NCBI RefSeq assembly: GCF_024223415.1
Contig: NZ_CP100500.1
DNA length: 64,000 bases
Direction: 5' to 3' (one strand)
Source: Escherichia coli
Lineage (GTDB): Bacteria; Pseudomonadota; Gammaproteobacteria; Enterobacterales; Enterobacteriaceae
Part shown: piece by piece, positions 14,190 to 22,448 of the stretch
Position numbering within the stretch: position 1 is the first letter of the stretch
How the letters are laid out: each line of letters starts with the position of its first letter
Notes under the pieces: model-generated
Database searches by the model: none
What the model was told of the DNA's origin: nothing
Seen by the model: the letters and a program-made list of their open reading frames with translations, nothing else
Translations under genes and position numbers: made by a program

Positions 14190-14366
14190 GAAATATAAAG
14201 GCGGGTAATTTTAAGGGGGCGTTGCTGTCGATATGGGGATCCACATAACGGGGCTACCTGGCTTTTTTTCCGGTTAAATGTCAATCAGGCTGGTGGGCTT
14301 TACCTGTTCGGTAGGTGTTATGATTATCGTAATACCTTTCCCCCAATGGGGTAAAAGCATCAACCG

Positions 14367-14911
14367 TAACGAAAGTCGTTATGGTTGCCACCGATACTCC
14401 AAATTTGGGTATCACGAGTAAGCCCCAAAATCTGGGTGTTACTCTTACTACCCAAACTACGGGTAGTTTCCGTAGTTTCATGGTCGAGTTGCAGATCTGC
14501 AACTCCCCCATCAACCACAGGCGAATTTCCGCCTTCGGTCATTCCTTAATCATCTGCGTAATCATAATGATTATTCAGCCAGCTCAATTTTGAGCTTTGC
14601 TTTAAGTTCAGCGAGTTACCGCGCCGACTTCCTCAAATTGAGGTTTCCGAAAATATCAGTGGGTTAGCGATTAAGCAGATGGATAATTAACCTGCGAAAA
14701 TTTCGCAGGTTACATCAGCGACGTAATTCTCGCTGTTCCTGCCCGGAGGTGTCGACGAATTTCGTCGGAACCTAAGCCTGCCGGGAAGTCCGTACGTTAA
14801 ACGTACGGAGTTAATTCGACATCACACACTACGTTGTCAATTTGCAAAGGAGGGGCGGAAATCACCATACCTGCCACCCTGTCATACAGAAAGGGATTAC
14901 GATAATCGTAA
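14367..14911. repeat. Palindrome-dense noncoding block (at least eight perfect or near-perfect inverted repeats of 13-21 bp)
   Basis: Palindromes at 14367-14381, 14454-14478, 14486-14505, 14581-14596, 14631-14643, 14691-14709, 14752-14766, 14789-14809, 14897-14911; no convincing ORF. Confidence 0.6.
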
Positions 14912-14987
14912 CAGGATACAACGCCGCCTGTAATCGTAACCAATTGATTTTTATGATGACGCAAATCTGCGTTATCAGTCCTCAAAG

Positions 14988-15278
14988 TTACCGCCGCAAC
15001 CGTTCCGGCTTCTTCCACTGATAAGTGTTTTTCGCGCTCTCCTGATACATCGCCACGCGTCGACGGTATGCCAGCAACTCTAGTACTCTGATTCGTATGT
15101 CGCGCATATCCACGCCGTTAAGCTCAATACCGTCACGGCGCATCACCTCCGCCACAACACGCACATAATTTTCGGCGGTCACGCTGTCCGGCTGCGTGGC
15201 CTGTTCGTCATGCTGCTGGCTGATTCCGGTAACGCGGCGGATTAATCCCAGTAGTTCGGCTTCGCTCATTCTCGTCAT
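14988..15278 (-). CDS. Hypothetical protein (96 aa) downstream of terL
   Basis: ORF start overlaps the terL stop (translational coupling geometry); no recognisable motif. Confidence 0.4.
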   Translation of the reverse strand: MTRMSEAELLGLIRRVTGISQQHDEQATQPDSVTAENYVRVVAEVMRRDGIELNGVDMRDIRIRVLELLAYRRRVAMYQESAKNTYQWKKPERLRR

Positions 15279-16936
15279 ACCCCATCAAACGCCGCAAGCC
15301 GCTCTTTGTGGCTGTCGCTCATATCGAATGCAAATTCCTCATGCTCTGCCTGGAATGTGCCAAACGCCATCAGCGCCGCAACGCTCGGGTCTATCTTGTT
15401 GGATGATTTTTTCTTGTTCGGCTTGATATTGGCGTTCGCGTCACTCTGCATCACAACATTACTCATTGACCAGGCCAGCACCGGATCACCACGATGCACA
15501 ATCACCTTCCGGTTAACAAAAACTTCGAACGATTTCGCCGCCGGACTGAAACGAAGGTATGTTTGCGGGAACGGCTCCACCTCAAATCCTGCGCCCTGTA
15601 GCTGCGTCATCAGGTGCGTGGCGTTCCATGTATCGAAGCCCACCAGCCGGATATTAAAATTTTCCGCGTCCTTCATGATGTCATCCCTGATACGGTCGTA
15701 ATCAATACAGTCGCCTGGCGTTGTGCGTATCCAGCCCGATTTTGCCCACTGGCGATAGATGGCGCGGTTTTTATTGGCGGGATTCTGTAGCTGCTGCTCC
15801 GGCAGATAATGACGGGAAACCAGCATGATGGTTTTACCAACCGGAAAGGCATAACACACGCTTGAAATATCATTTGTTGATGATAAATCCAGCCCCGCAT
15901 AGCACTCCTGCCCGTGTAAATCTTCCTCCGTGAACGTTCCGGCACACTCAGCCCATGCACCGTTACCCATCCACGGCGTAGCCCCCTGACACCAGATATT
16001 AAAGCGCTTTGTCATCATCTCCACCCACTGCGACGGAATACCCCGCGCTTTCTGGATGGTTGAGGCAAGTTTTTCACGATCGACGGAAACATCGATATTG
16101 GGATTCGCCTTTATCCACATCGCCGGATCGTCAACCTCGCTTTCATCATCCAGCTCGTAAATCATCACGAACATGGATTCATTAACCTCTTCACCATCCA
16201 GTATCTGACAGCAATAATCATAGTGCTGCTTACAGGCAGAAATAACGTTGCTTCCCGATGTGGTAATGGCGAATAACAGCCCGTCAGGACGCGCACCCAT
16301 CCCAAGTTCAAGCGCGGAATATACGCCGTTATCGGGGTGTAAATGGTATTCATCCACAATGGCAAGACTCGGGTTTGTCCCCTCAATGGTCGCCGCCTTT
16401 GCCGCCAGTGGCTTTAACAGGCTGTTGGTTTTCGGGTGTATCACCTTGTGCGCCTGAATATTTACCCGCTTTCGTAACGGTCGGGATAAAAGGCACATCT
16501 GACGCGCATCATCAAACACGATCCGCGCCTGATCACGACTCACGGCGGCGGTGTAAATATCCTGCTGCCCGTTTTCCATAACCAGAAACCAGTTAGCCAG
16601 GATAGCGGCGACCGTGGATTTGGCATTTTTTCGCGGTACTTCAATGAATGCGCTGGTGTATTTGCGCCGTCCGGTGGACTTAACCTTAAAGCCCAGGATG
16701 CACGCAAAGGCGAACTGCTGCCACGGCTCCAGTTCAATGGGGCTACCGCGCATTGCACCTTTTACGTGCGGGCACACCCTGGAAAAGGCAATAAACCGCT
16801 CCACGACCTCCGGATCGAACGTGTAAAGGGGGTTTTCAAGGTCAGAAAAATACCGTTTAACAGCCTGTTTCAGTCGTTTACAGGCCGTAATTTTGCCGTT
16901 TTTTACGCCTTCTGCGTACTCATGCCAGGCGGTCAA
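15275..16936 (-). CDS. terL: Terminase large subunit
   Basis: 553 aa; N-terminal ATPase region with P-loop-like PRKNAKST, C-terminal nuclease-like region; follows terS. Confidence 0.85.
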   Translation of the reverse strand: MTAWHEYAEGVKNGKITACKRLKQAVKRYFSDLENPLYTFDPEVVERFIAFSRVCPHVKGAMRGSPIELEPWQQFAFACILGFKVKSTGRRKYTSAFIEVPRKNAKSTVAAILANWFLVMENGQQDIYTAAVSRDQARIVFDDARQMCLLSRPLRKRVNIQAHKVIHPKTNSLLKPLAAKAATIEGTNPSLAIVDEYHLHPDNGVYSALELGMGARPDGLLFAITTSGSNVISACKQHYDYCCQILDGEEVNESMFVMIYELDDESEVDDPAMWIKANPNIDVSVDREKLASTIQKARGIPSQWVEMMTKRFNIWCQGATPWMGNGAWAECAGTFTEEDLHGQECYAGLDLSSTNDISSVCYAFPVGKTIMLVSRHYLPEQQLQNPANKNRAIYRQWAKSGWIRTTPGDCIDYDRIRDDIMKDAENFNIRLVGFDTWNATHLMTQLQGAGFEVEPFPQTYLRFSPAAKSFEVFVNRKVIVHRGDPVLAWSMSNVVMQSDANANIKPNKKKSSNKIDPSVAALMAFGTFQAEHEEFAFDMSDSHKERLAAFDGV

Positions 16937-17276
16937 GCTCGTCCTCTTCCTCTGTTTCCGGTGGATTTCTGCGTCGGCTTACCGGGTCAAAACCCAGCAA
17001 AGAAGCCATTTTGATCATTATTCTTTCTGCGTCAGCCTTTGCGCTCAGGGCGGGGTTTCTGCTCTCGCTGCCCTGACTGTTAACAATGCTGAACCCGCGC
17101 GTCGCAAGGTCTTCGACGGCTTTGCGGTATAGGGAGTAGTTAACGCAATACAGCTCAAGATTGCTCCAGTCGGCGGGGGTAAGGTCTTCCCGCCCGGAAA
17201 GCTGGCGCGATTTTTCCTTCCATTGCCTGACGGCAATTTCATCCAGGTAAGCGGGGGCTTTTGGTGGTCTTGCCAT
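16920..17276 (-). CDS. terS: Terminase small subunit (P27-family-like)
   Basis: Starts MARPPKAPAYLDEIAVRQWKE...; short basic N-terminus typical of P27-type TerS; overlaps the terL start. Confidence 0.6.
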   Translation of the reverse strand: MARPPKAPAYLDEIAVRQWKEKSRQLSGREDLTPADWSNLELYCVNYSLYRKAVEDLATRGFSIVNSQGSESRNPALSAKADAERIMIKMASLLGFDPVSRRRNPPETEEEDELDRLA

Positions 17277-17321
17277 GTTCTTTTTTCGCCCAATTATTTT
17301 CAAAAAAATTCCCGTGCACAA

Positions 17322-17565
17322 AAATTTGAGCAGGCGGTCGGTTCTGGGCAGGGTCGGGTTCGTCCTGAAAACTCCCCCCCACCCCGTCCGGCTGCCTCAT
17401 CAGCGATTGCGAAAACATTCCATGACCTCGCGGTCACGGTCGGTTAATCGCTTCGCTGTGGTGCGTTTTGTGCGCCCTGTCCTGTTGGCTTTGTGCTCTG
17501 TCTCCTGTGTCTTCCATGTGTCACGCTGCCTTATCAGTCCACGTATCAGCCTGGTTTGCTCCTGT
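17322..17565. other. Candidate cos/packaging site in the HNH-terS intergenic gap
   Basis: 244-bp noncoding gap with G-rich and C-rich tracts (ggcggtcggttctgggcagggtcggg, actcccccccacccc) at the position where HK97-like cos sites lie. Confidence 0.3.
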
Positions 17566-18006
17566 TCAGTCATCATCGCCATACATCCAGTCGTTACGGT
17601 GTGCCGCCCGTTCTTCCTGCTCGCGATACATGCCCGCTTTACGGTTTGCTTTCGTGGCTGGATCTTCCCGTGTGGTCTTACGGTTGTGGCACGTCTGGCA
17701 CAATGCCTGGTGATTCCACTCAGGCCAGAAGAGAACATCATTACCGCCATCGATGGGGATAATGTGATCCACCACCACGGCGGGCGTGTATATTCCTTTT
17801 TCCAGGCAATGCGCACATAACGGGTTTTTACTCAGGTACATAGCGCGGTATTTCTCCCACTGCCTCGTATACCCTCGCTCCCTGCTGCTGCCTCTCCGGC
17901 TGTCCTGCTGCTGGCGTGCGCTGCGTCTGTGCTCCTCACACTTCCCGGACTTCACGCGCCTGTTGCAGCCTGGTTGTGTGCATCGTCTCAATGGTTGCCA
18001 CGGCAT
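17566..18006 (-). CDS. HNH endonuclease (packaging-associated)
   Basis: 146 aa with Cys-His motif (CAHCLEKG...DHIIPIDGGND...ALCQTCHNRKT); sits next to terS as in HK97-like cos phages. Confidence 0.75.
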   Translation of the reverse strand: MPWQPLRRCTQPGCNRRVKSGKCEEHRRSARQQQDSRRGSSRERGYTRQWEKYRAMYLSKNPLCAHCLEKGIYTPAVVVDHIIPIDGGNDVLFWPEWNHQALCQTCHNRKTTREDPATKANRKAGMYREQEERAAHRNDWMYGDDD

Positions 18007-18302
18007 CAGTACACCCCCACATCACGATAAACCGACCAGAGCGCGGAAATCGTCAGGGGAATTTCTTTTGTATCGGTATCGCCAAGCGTTGTCCGGTACT
18101 CGTACAGTTGCGAGATGTACATCAGGCAACCAATTTTTATTGCAGGGGTAAATTCCAGGCCGTCATCAAAACGCCTGCCAATATGCTTCTGGCATACCTC
18201 CAGCGCCGCGCTTATGTATGCCTGAATCAGTGTGTCTTCTGTGTTACCATCTATGCGGCAGTGAAGTTTGGCCTCTTCCAGGGTTATTTTTTCTGCTGTC
18301 AT
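18006..18302 (-). CDS. Head-tail connector protein (gp6-like)
   Basis: 98 aa, MTAEKITLEEAKLHCRIDGNTEDTLIQAYISAALE... typical of phage gp6-like connectors. Confidence 0.55.
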   Translation of the reverse strand: MTAEKITLEEAKLHCRIDGNTEDTLIQAYISAALEVCQKHIGRRFDDGLEFTPAIKIGCLMYISQLYEYRTTLGDTDTKEIPLTISALWSVYRDVGVY

Positions 18303-18637
18303 TTTTCTGTACCCACCTTTGCCAGAATTTCCAGCCGGGTTCTTTTCGCATCAGGTAAGGGGATCCCGATGATATTAAGCGTGCTCCCGGCAAAAGCGCC
18401 GGTAAGCACTTTCAGGCGACTGGCGGCGGATATGTCGCCACGATAGCGAACCCATACCCGAATCGTTGCAGGTGCGGTTTCTGCGCCTGCGGTCAGTAAT
18501 TCCCGTCCGCTGATCCCCTTGACCTCTGCCCAGATGGTTTCCCCTTCCGTCCATATCTGCTGGATCGCACCTGACGGCAGGCGCTGTGTGGTAAATGTCA
18601 TAATCGTCACCCGGTCCCGCATCTTTCCGGCTATCAT
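18299..18637 (-). CDS. Head closure / head-tail adaptor protein
   Basis: 112 aa; size and position (after portal, before HNH) fit the head-tail joining family. Confidence 0.5.
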   Translation of the reverse strand: MIAGKMRDRVTIMTFTTQRLPSGAIQQIWTEGETIWAEVKGISGRELLTAGAETAPATIRVWVRYRGDISAASRLKVLTGAFAGSTLNIIGIPLPDAKRTRLEILAKVGTEK

Positions 18638-19851
18638 TCGTCACCGCCCTTACTGTTCTTGCTGATTGTCACTTCCTGCTTCCATGCCTGGCTGAACTCG
18701 TCGCCACCTTCACGCGGCGGCATTCCCTCACGCTCACGGGCTTCGTTCGGATTGATGATCCCGTTCTTAATCCCTTTCTCATACGTGGCGTAACGTTCGG
18801 TAGGGGTGGCGCGTAATAAATCGGCTGAATCAAACTCAACCAGATAACGGGTACCAGGTACGGGAGAAGCCACCAGCAAAGCAGCCTTGATTTGCTGTTC
18901 GAAGTTCGCCAGCCACGGGCGCATTGTCATGGTCAGAAACGCGCGGCTTGCCTCACTGAAATTGCTGTAGGTGCTGTTGCTGTATTCCTGCAAAAAAATC
19001 GGCGAGACGTTGAACATTCGGGCGATGTCTTCAATGGTAAAGCGACGGGAGGCCAGCCATTCAGCATCCTGATTACTCATGCCCAGCTGCTGATAGCTCA
19101 TACCCCCTTCAAGGATGGGCGTTTTTCCGGCGTTTCTGGCCCCTTTGTAGCGTTCCAGTGCGGCTAATGCCTGTTTGCCCTTCACGCCGTCCAGCCATTC
19201 GCCTGACGTGATAACCCCTGCCGCCATCATGCCATCACGCATCACGCTCGCGCCGTGGCGTTGTTGGGCCAGCCCAAGCCCCAGCGATTCGCGGCAGATG
19301 GTTACAGGTGAGCGCCCCATAAAGCCGTCATCCGTGGAGTAACGAAGGTGGAGAACCTCCCACGGTAAATAGTTGCGGGTGTTTCCGGTGTAGGCGTCAG
19401 TGATGCAGTAGCGCCAGTTATGCTCACCTGTCTGCTCCACGTTCACCGACTGCGGCGGGTAAGGATGTAAAGCCACCGGAAAACCATCACGCCCCCACTG
19501 AATAACCGCATAAGCATTACCGTTTAACAGGCAGTGGCGGATCATCATTCGCTTAAACTGGTAGGGGGTTTGCCATGCGTTCGGGCGCTCGTTGAGGATG
19601 TGATCGACCGGATGAGAATCAAGCCACTCGCGGGCCTCCTTCCCCTTCTCATTGCGTACCAGGTACAGGTAACACGGCATGGTAGCCACCGCCTCAGAGA
19701 TGACCGTCACGGCGTTCATGACGGCGGGCAGTGATTCCGCTGTCCCCGATGATACGTACTCACCCGCCCCCGTGTTCGATGTGCCCGCCAGCGCCATAAA
19801 TTCATCAAGCGTCATGCTGCGCTGCTCTTTTTTTCTTCTGAAAAGCCACAT
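18634..19851 (-). CDS. Portal protein (HK97 family-like)
   Basis: 405 aa; position between protease and connectors; composition typical of HK97-type portal. Confidence 0.8.
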   Translation of the reverse strand: MWLFRRKKEQRSMTLDEFMALAGTSNTGAGEYVSSGTAESLPAVMNAVTVISEAVATMPCYLYLVRNEKGKEAREWLDSHPVDHILNERPNAWQTPYQFKRMMIRHCLLNGNAYAVIQWGRDGFPVALHPYPPQSVNVEQTGEHNWRYCITDAYTGNTRNYLPWEVLHLRYSTDDGFMGRSPVTICRESLGLGLAQQRHGASVMRDGMMAAGVITSGEWLDGVKGKQALAALERYKGARNAGKTPILEGGMSYQQLGMSNQDAEWLASRRFTIEDIARMFNVSPIFLQEYSNSTYSNFSEASRAFLTMTMRPWLANFEQQIKAALLVASPVPGTRYLVEFDSADLLRATPTERYATYEKGIKNGIINPNEAREREGMPPREGGDEFSQAWKQEVTISKNSKGGDE

Positions 19852-19852
19852 A

Positions 19853-20425
19853 TCACACCCCCGCTAAATCCACCCACCAGCGGCGATTATCCGCACGCGG
19901 CATTTTTTCGGGGTGCTGCTCATACAGGGAACGGCGGGCCAGCTCCACGCCGGAATCGGGGTAAGCCGGTACCGATGTAACGGTAATTTCGTACAGTTCC
20001 GCCACCAGCACGGTACGAACGCATGGATCTGTTGTGGTATCCCATACATCCTTACGGGAGCGAAAGCCAAAGCTCATGCCGGATATATCACCGCGTTTAA
20101 CCAGTTCGATAACGTCGCGCCCTGTACTGGTATCCGGTGGGGTCAGTTCAAAGCGTAACCCTGTTTCGTCCTCTTCCAGTTTCAGCGTGCCGGAACGGGT
20201 GCGCCCCAGTAACATGCTGTGGTCATGCTCATACAGGCCGCGAACGTCATTACCCGCCGCAAGCCATTCAGTAAACGCCCCCCGCTGGAATTTTTCGTAA
20301 AACTCACCCCATAACAGTTCTGAAAGCTTATCCCAGCGAACAACGTAGCCCGTCAGCGTACCGGCTCCGCTCGTGGTGATTTCCGATGACCGGATTTCCA
20401 TACTCTTCATAATTTTTTCACCCAT
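19853..20425 (-). CDS. Prohead maturation protease (HK97 gp4-like)
   Basis: 190 aa immediately downstream of the capsid gene. Confidence 0.75.
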   Translation of the reverse strand: MGEKIMKSMEIRSSEITTSGAGTLTGYVVRWDKLSELLWGEFYEKFQRGAFTEWLAAGNDVRGLYEHDHSMLLGRTRSGTLKLEEDETGLRFELTPPDTSTGRDVIELVKRGDISGMSFGFRSRKDVWDTTTDPCVRTVLVAELYEITVTSVPAYPDSGVELARRSLYEQHPEKMPRADNRRWWVDLAGV

Positions 20426-20464
20426 AAAACACTAAAGGGGCTTTTAAGCCCCTTCTGTATGCTG

Positions 20465-21622
20465 TTAATCGTCGTCCTGTGGCAGTTCCAGAATCTTGAT
20501 CGCGTTCGAATCCACCACGCCACCGCCTAAATATTTCTGCGTGAAAATTTTGATGAAGCCCGGCTCTGTGATGTTGTCCGGTCTGGTGCGAACACCTGTT
20601 TCGTGATCAACAATGTAGTAACCGCGTTTGAAGTCACCCAGGGCAATAACGTTATCAGGCATAAACTCCAGATATTCGACCGGAAGGCCCAGCAACGTAT
20701 CAGGATCACCCGCCTGTAAACGGTCGCGCCAGATGTAATCACCGTTCGCGTTCTTCACCTTCTGAAGTTTTGCCGCCGTTGTGGAGTTAACCACCCATAC
20801 CGCGTTCTTGCGGTATTTTTTACGCAATGCAAATTTCAGGTCGATCAGCGGGTCCGCAGATGTCCACGCCAGACCGTGAGCGGGCTTGATAACCTGCAAC
20901 GTTCCGAAGTCGCGTTCTTTGTCGCTCTTCTCTGCACGGGGGACGGATAAAAAGCCTTTTGCTTTTTTGTCACCGTCGCCCACAACCAGATCGCTTTCTT
21001 CGGTTTCCGTGAAGGTGTCGCCAATCTCGGCCGTCAGCCATGAAAGGATGTCCACATCGGAAAAATCCACGATTTCCTGTGTGGTGCGCGGGTACGCATA
21101 GACCGGATACAGCTTAATGCTCACCTCGTTAATCTGCGGGGTGCTGGTCTGTTCGCGTGCCTTACCCTCTTCACCGTGGTTAACGGTCGCACCGCCAGCG
21201 GAAACAAGCTGCTTAAACTCGTTGCTGCTGATTTTCTTCACGGTACAGATGCGGCGCATGGTGGATTCATCCGCCAGCATTCGCATGATTTCGGTGTTCA
21301 GTTCGGGGATAACGGTATAACCACCATCAGCGGGAACGCCTGTACTTAATGCGCGGGTTTCACCTGTCAGAATGTAGTTGCGTAGTTCTGCGGGGTCAGT
21401 GGTCTGACTGCTTTTACCTGGCTTGCTGCGCTCTTCGTCTGCAATGGCTTCAAGGCGGGAAATGTCTTTATCGAGGGATTCAGCTTTAGCGCGTAATTCA
21501 TCAAATTTTGCGCCCTCAGCATCGTTAAGACTGCGGTTTTCTTTTTCCGCGTTCTCCAGCATGTCGCGCATCTGATTTTTAATGGCGGTTTTCTGCTGGC
21601 GTAATTCGATTATTCTCGGCAT
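20465..21622 (-). CDS. Major capsid protein, HK97 fold, with N-terminal coiled-coil scaffold (delta) domain
   Basis: ATG at 21622 gives MPRIIELRQQKTAIKNQMRDMLENAE... (delta domain) then capsid body; the longer ORF to 21667 would read through a terminator hairpin. Confidence 0.85.
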   Translation of the reverse strand: MPRIIELRQQKTAIKNQMRDMLENAEKENRSLNDAEGAKFDELRAKAESLDKDISRLEAIADEERSKPGKSSQTTDPAELRNYILTGETRALSTGVPADGGYTVIPELNTEIMRMLADESTMRRICTVKKISSNEFKQLVSAGGATVNHGEEGKAREQTSTPQINEVSIKLYPVYAYPRTTQEIVDFSDVDILSWLTAEIGDTFTETEESDLVVGDGDKKAKGFLSVPRAEKSDKERDFGTLQVIKPAHGLAWTSADPLIDLKFALRKKYRKNAVWVVNSTTAAKLQKVKNANGDYIWRDRLQAGDPDTLLGLPVEYLEFMPDNVIALGDFKRGYYIVDHETGVRTRPDNITEPGFIKIFTQKYLGGGVVDSNAIKILELPQDDD

Positions 21623-21660
21623 AAAAAAAAGTCCTGGGGTTAAGTAAGGAACTCCAGGAC
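21623..21660 (-). terminator. Intrinsic terminator on the minus strand directly abutting the capsid start codon
   Basis: Minus strand reads gtcctgg-(16 nt)-ccaggac followed by TTTTTTTT, then ATG of the capsid gene. Confidence 0.45.
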
Positions 21661-21837
21661 GCGGCAAAAACTCAACCGTTTTTCATAAGGAAATCAGCAA
21701 TCGCACCGATCGTTTTCCCGCCTGGTAATGAATATTGGCGAGCACATTAACAGGCGGGAAAGTGGCCCCAGCGTCCTGGCACCACGGGCGAGAATAATCA
21801 TGATTCAGTTCGAGTAAAATATGCCGATCCGCTCAGT

Positions 21838-21896
21838 GAACAACCTGGAACAACCACGAACAAATAATTTACAAAACCTGAAAAAATAAATAAACT
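21838..21896 (+). promoter_or_regulatory. Promoter of the 157-aa gene with phased upstream repeats: GAACAA x3 at 10-bp spacing, then -35 TTTACA, 17-bp spacer, -10 TAAACT
   Basis: GAACAA at 21838, 21848, 21858; TTTACA 21868-21873; TAAACT 21891-21896; AGGAGG SD at 21924 and ATG at 21938. Confidence 0.45.
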
Positions 21897-21937
21897 GTTC
21901 CGTACATTTTCTGCTCGTTAATCAGGAGGAACGAACT

Positions 21938-22411
21938 ATGTCAGAAAATGAACTGAAAAAAGCAATGTTCATTCAGCAACGATTGCAGATTCTCCACCTT
22001 GGTAAACACTATGATGAGTTCAGTGATTCTTACGTGTATGCCTGGGAGGCAGATGTTTATCCTTTCTTGCAGGATGGCGACGGAAGTATTCCTGCTCGCC
22101 CACATGAAATTTACGAAGAGTTTTTCGGCACATCTAAAAACAAAGCCAAAAAGATATACGATCGTCTGTGCAAAGCCTGGCACGACCAGGAGGCACTCAC
22201 ATTCTATAAACTAGAAAGTGAATATGGTGTAACAAGTAGCAGCATGCACAGATGGACACGAAGTGATTTACTTCACATCTGCCGCTATCTGTATCTTGAG
22301 GGGTGTTTCGATAAAGATTTCTGGGAAACATTACTGGAAAACGGAAAATGCCCAAGCGAAGCACTTTACCTTAGCGATGAATTTAATCGCGATACAGAGA
22401 TCGACTTCTAA
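21938..22411 (+). CDS. Hypothetical protein (157 aa), stand-alone opposite-strand cargo gene
   Basis: Strong SD and promoter, own bidirectional terminator; only plus-strand gene inside the structural/regulatory part of the island; no recognisable domain. Confidence 0.65.
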   Translation: MSENELKKAMFIQQRLQILHLGKHYDEFSDSYVYAWEADVYPFLQDGDGSIPARPHEIYEEFFGTSKNKAKKIYDRLCKAWHDQEALTFYKLESEYGVTSSSMHRWTRSDLLHICRYLYLEGCFDKDFWETLLENGKCPSEALYLSDEFNRDTEIDF

Positions 22412-22448
22412 AAAAATGGCCTGGAAAATACCAGGCCATTATTATTCT
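22411..22448. terminator. Bidirectional intrinsic terminator between convergent genes
   Basis: atggcctgg-aaaata-ccaggccat flanked by an A-run on one side and T-rich sequence on the other. Confidence 0.55.

Noticed and set aside
14280-14990. Retron or other reverse-transcriptase-associated ncRNA in the palindrome-rich block
   Set aside because: No reverse transcriptase or effector ORF is nearby, and the palindromes are not arranged as the a1/a2 inverted repeats flanking msr-msd.
14281-15018. Small ORFs in the palindrome block (14281-14514, 14360-14542, 14381-14593, 14797-15018)
   Set aside because: Mutually overlapping on both strands, no RBS, and each runs through multiple perfect palindromes; treated as noncoding.
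17275-18006. Plus-strand ORFs over the HNH gene and the HNH-terS gap (17275-17820, 17468-17713, 17493-17762)
   Set aside because: Overlap the well-supported minus-strand HNH gene or lie in the putative cos region; proline/arginine/cysteine-rich translations typical of GC-rich shadow frames.
20465-21667. Upstream TTG start for the capsid gene (400-aa ORF)
   Set aside because: Would translate through a stable hairpin and a T8 run (codes ...PGLFF); the ATG at 21622 gives a canonical capsid N-terminus.
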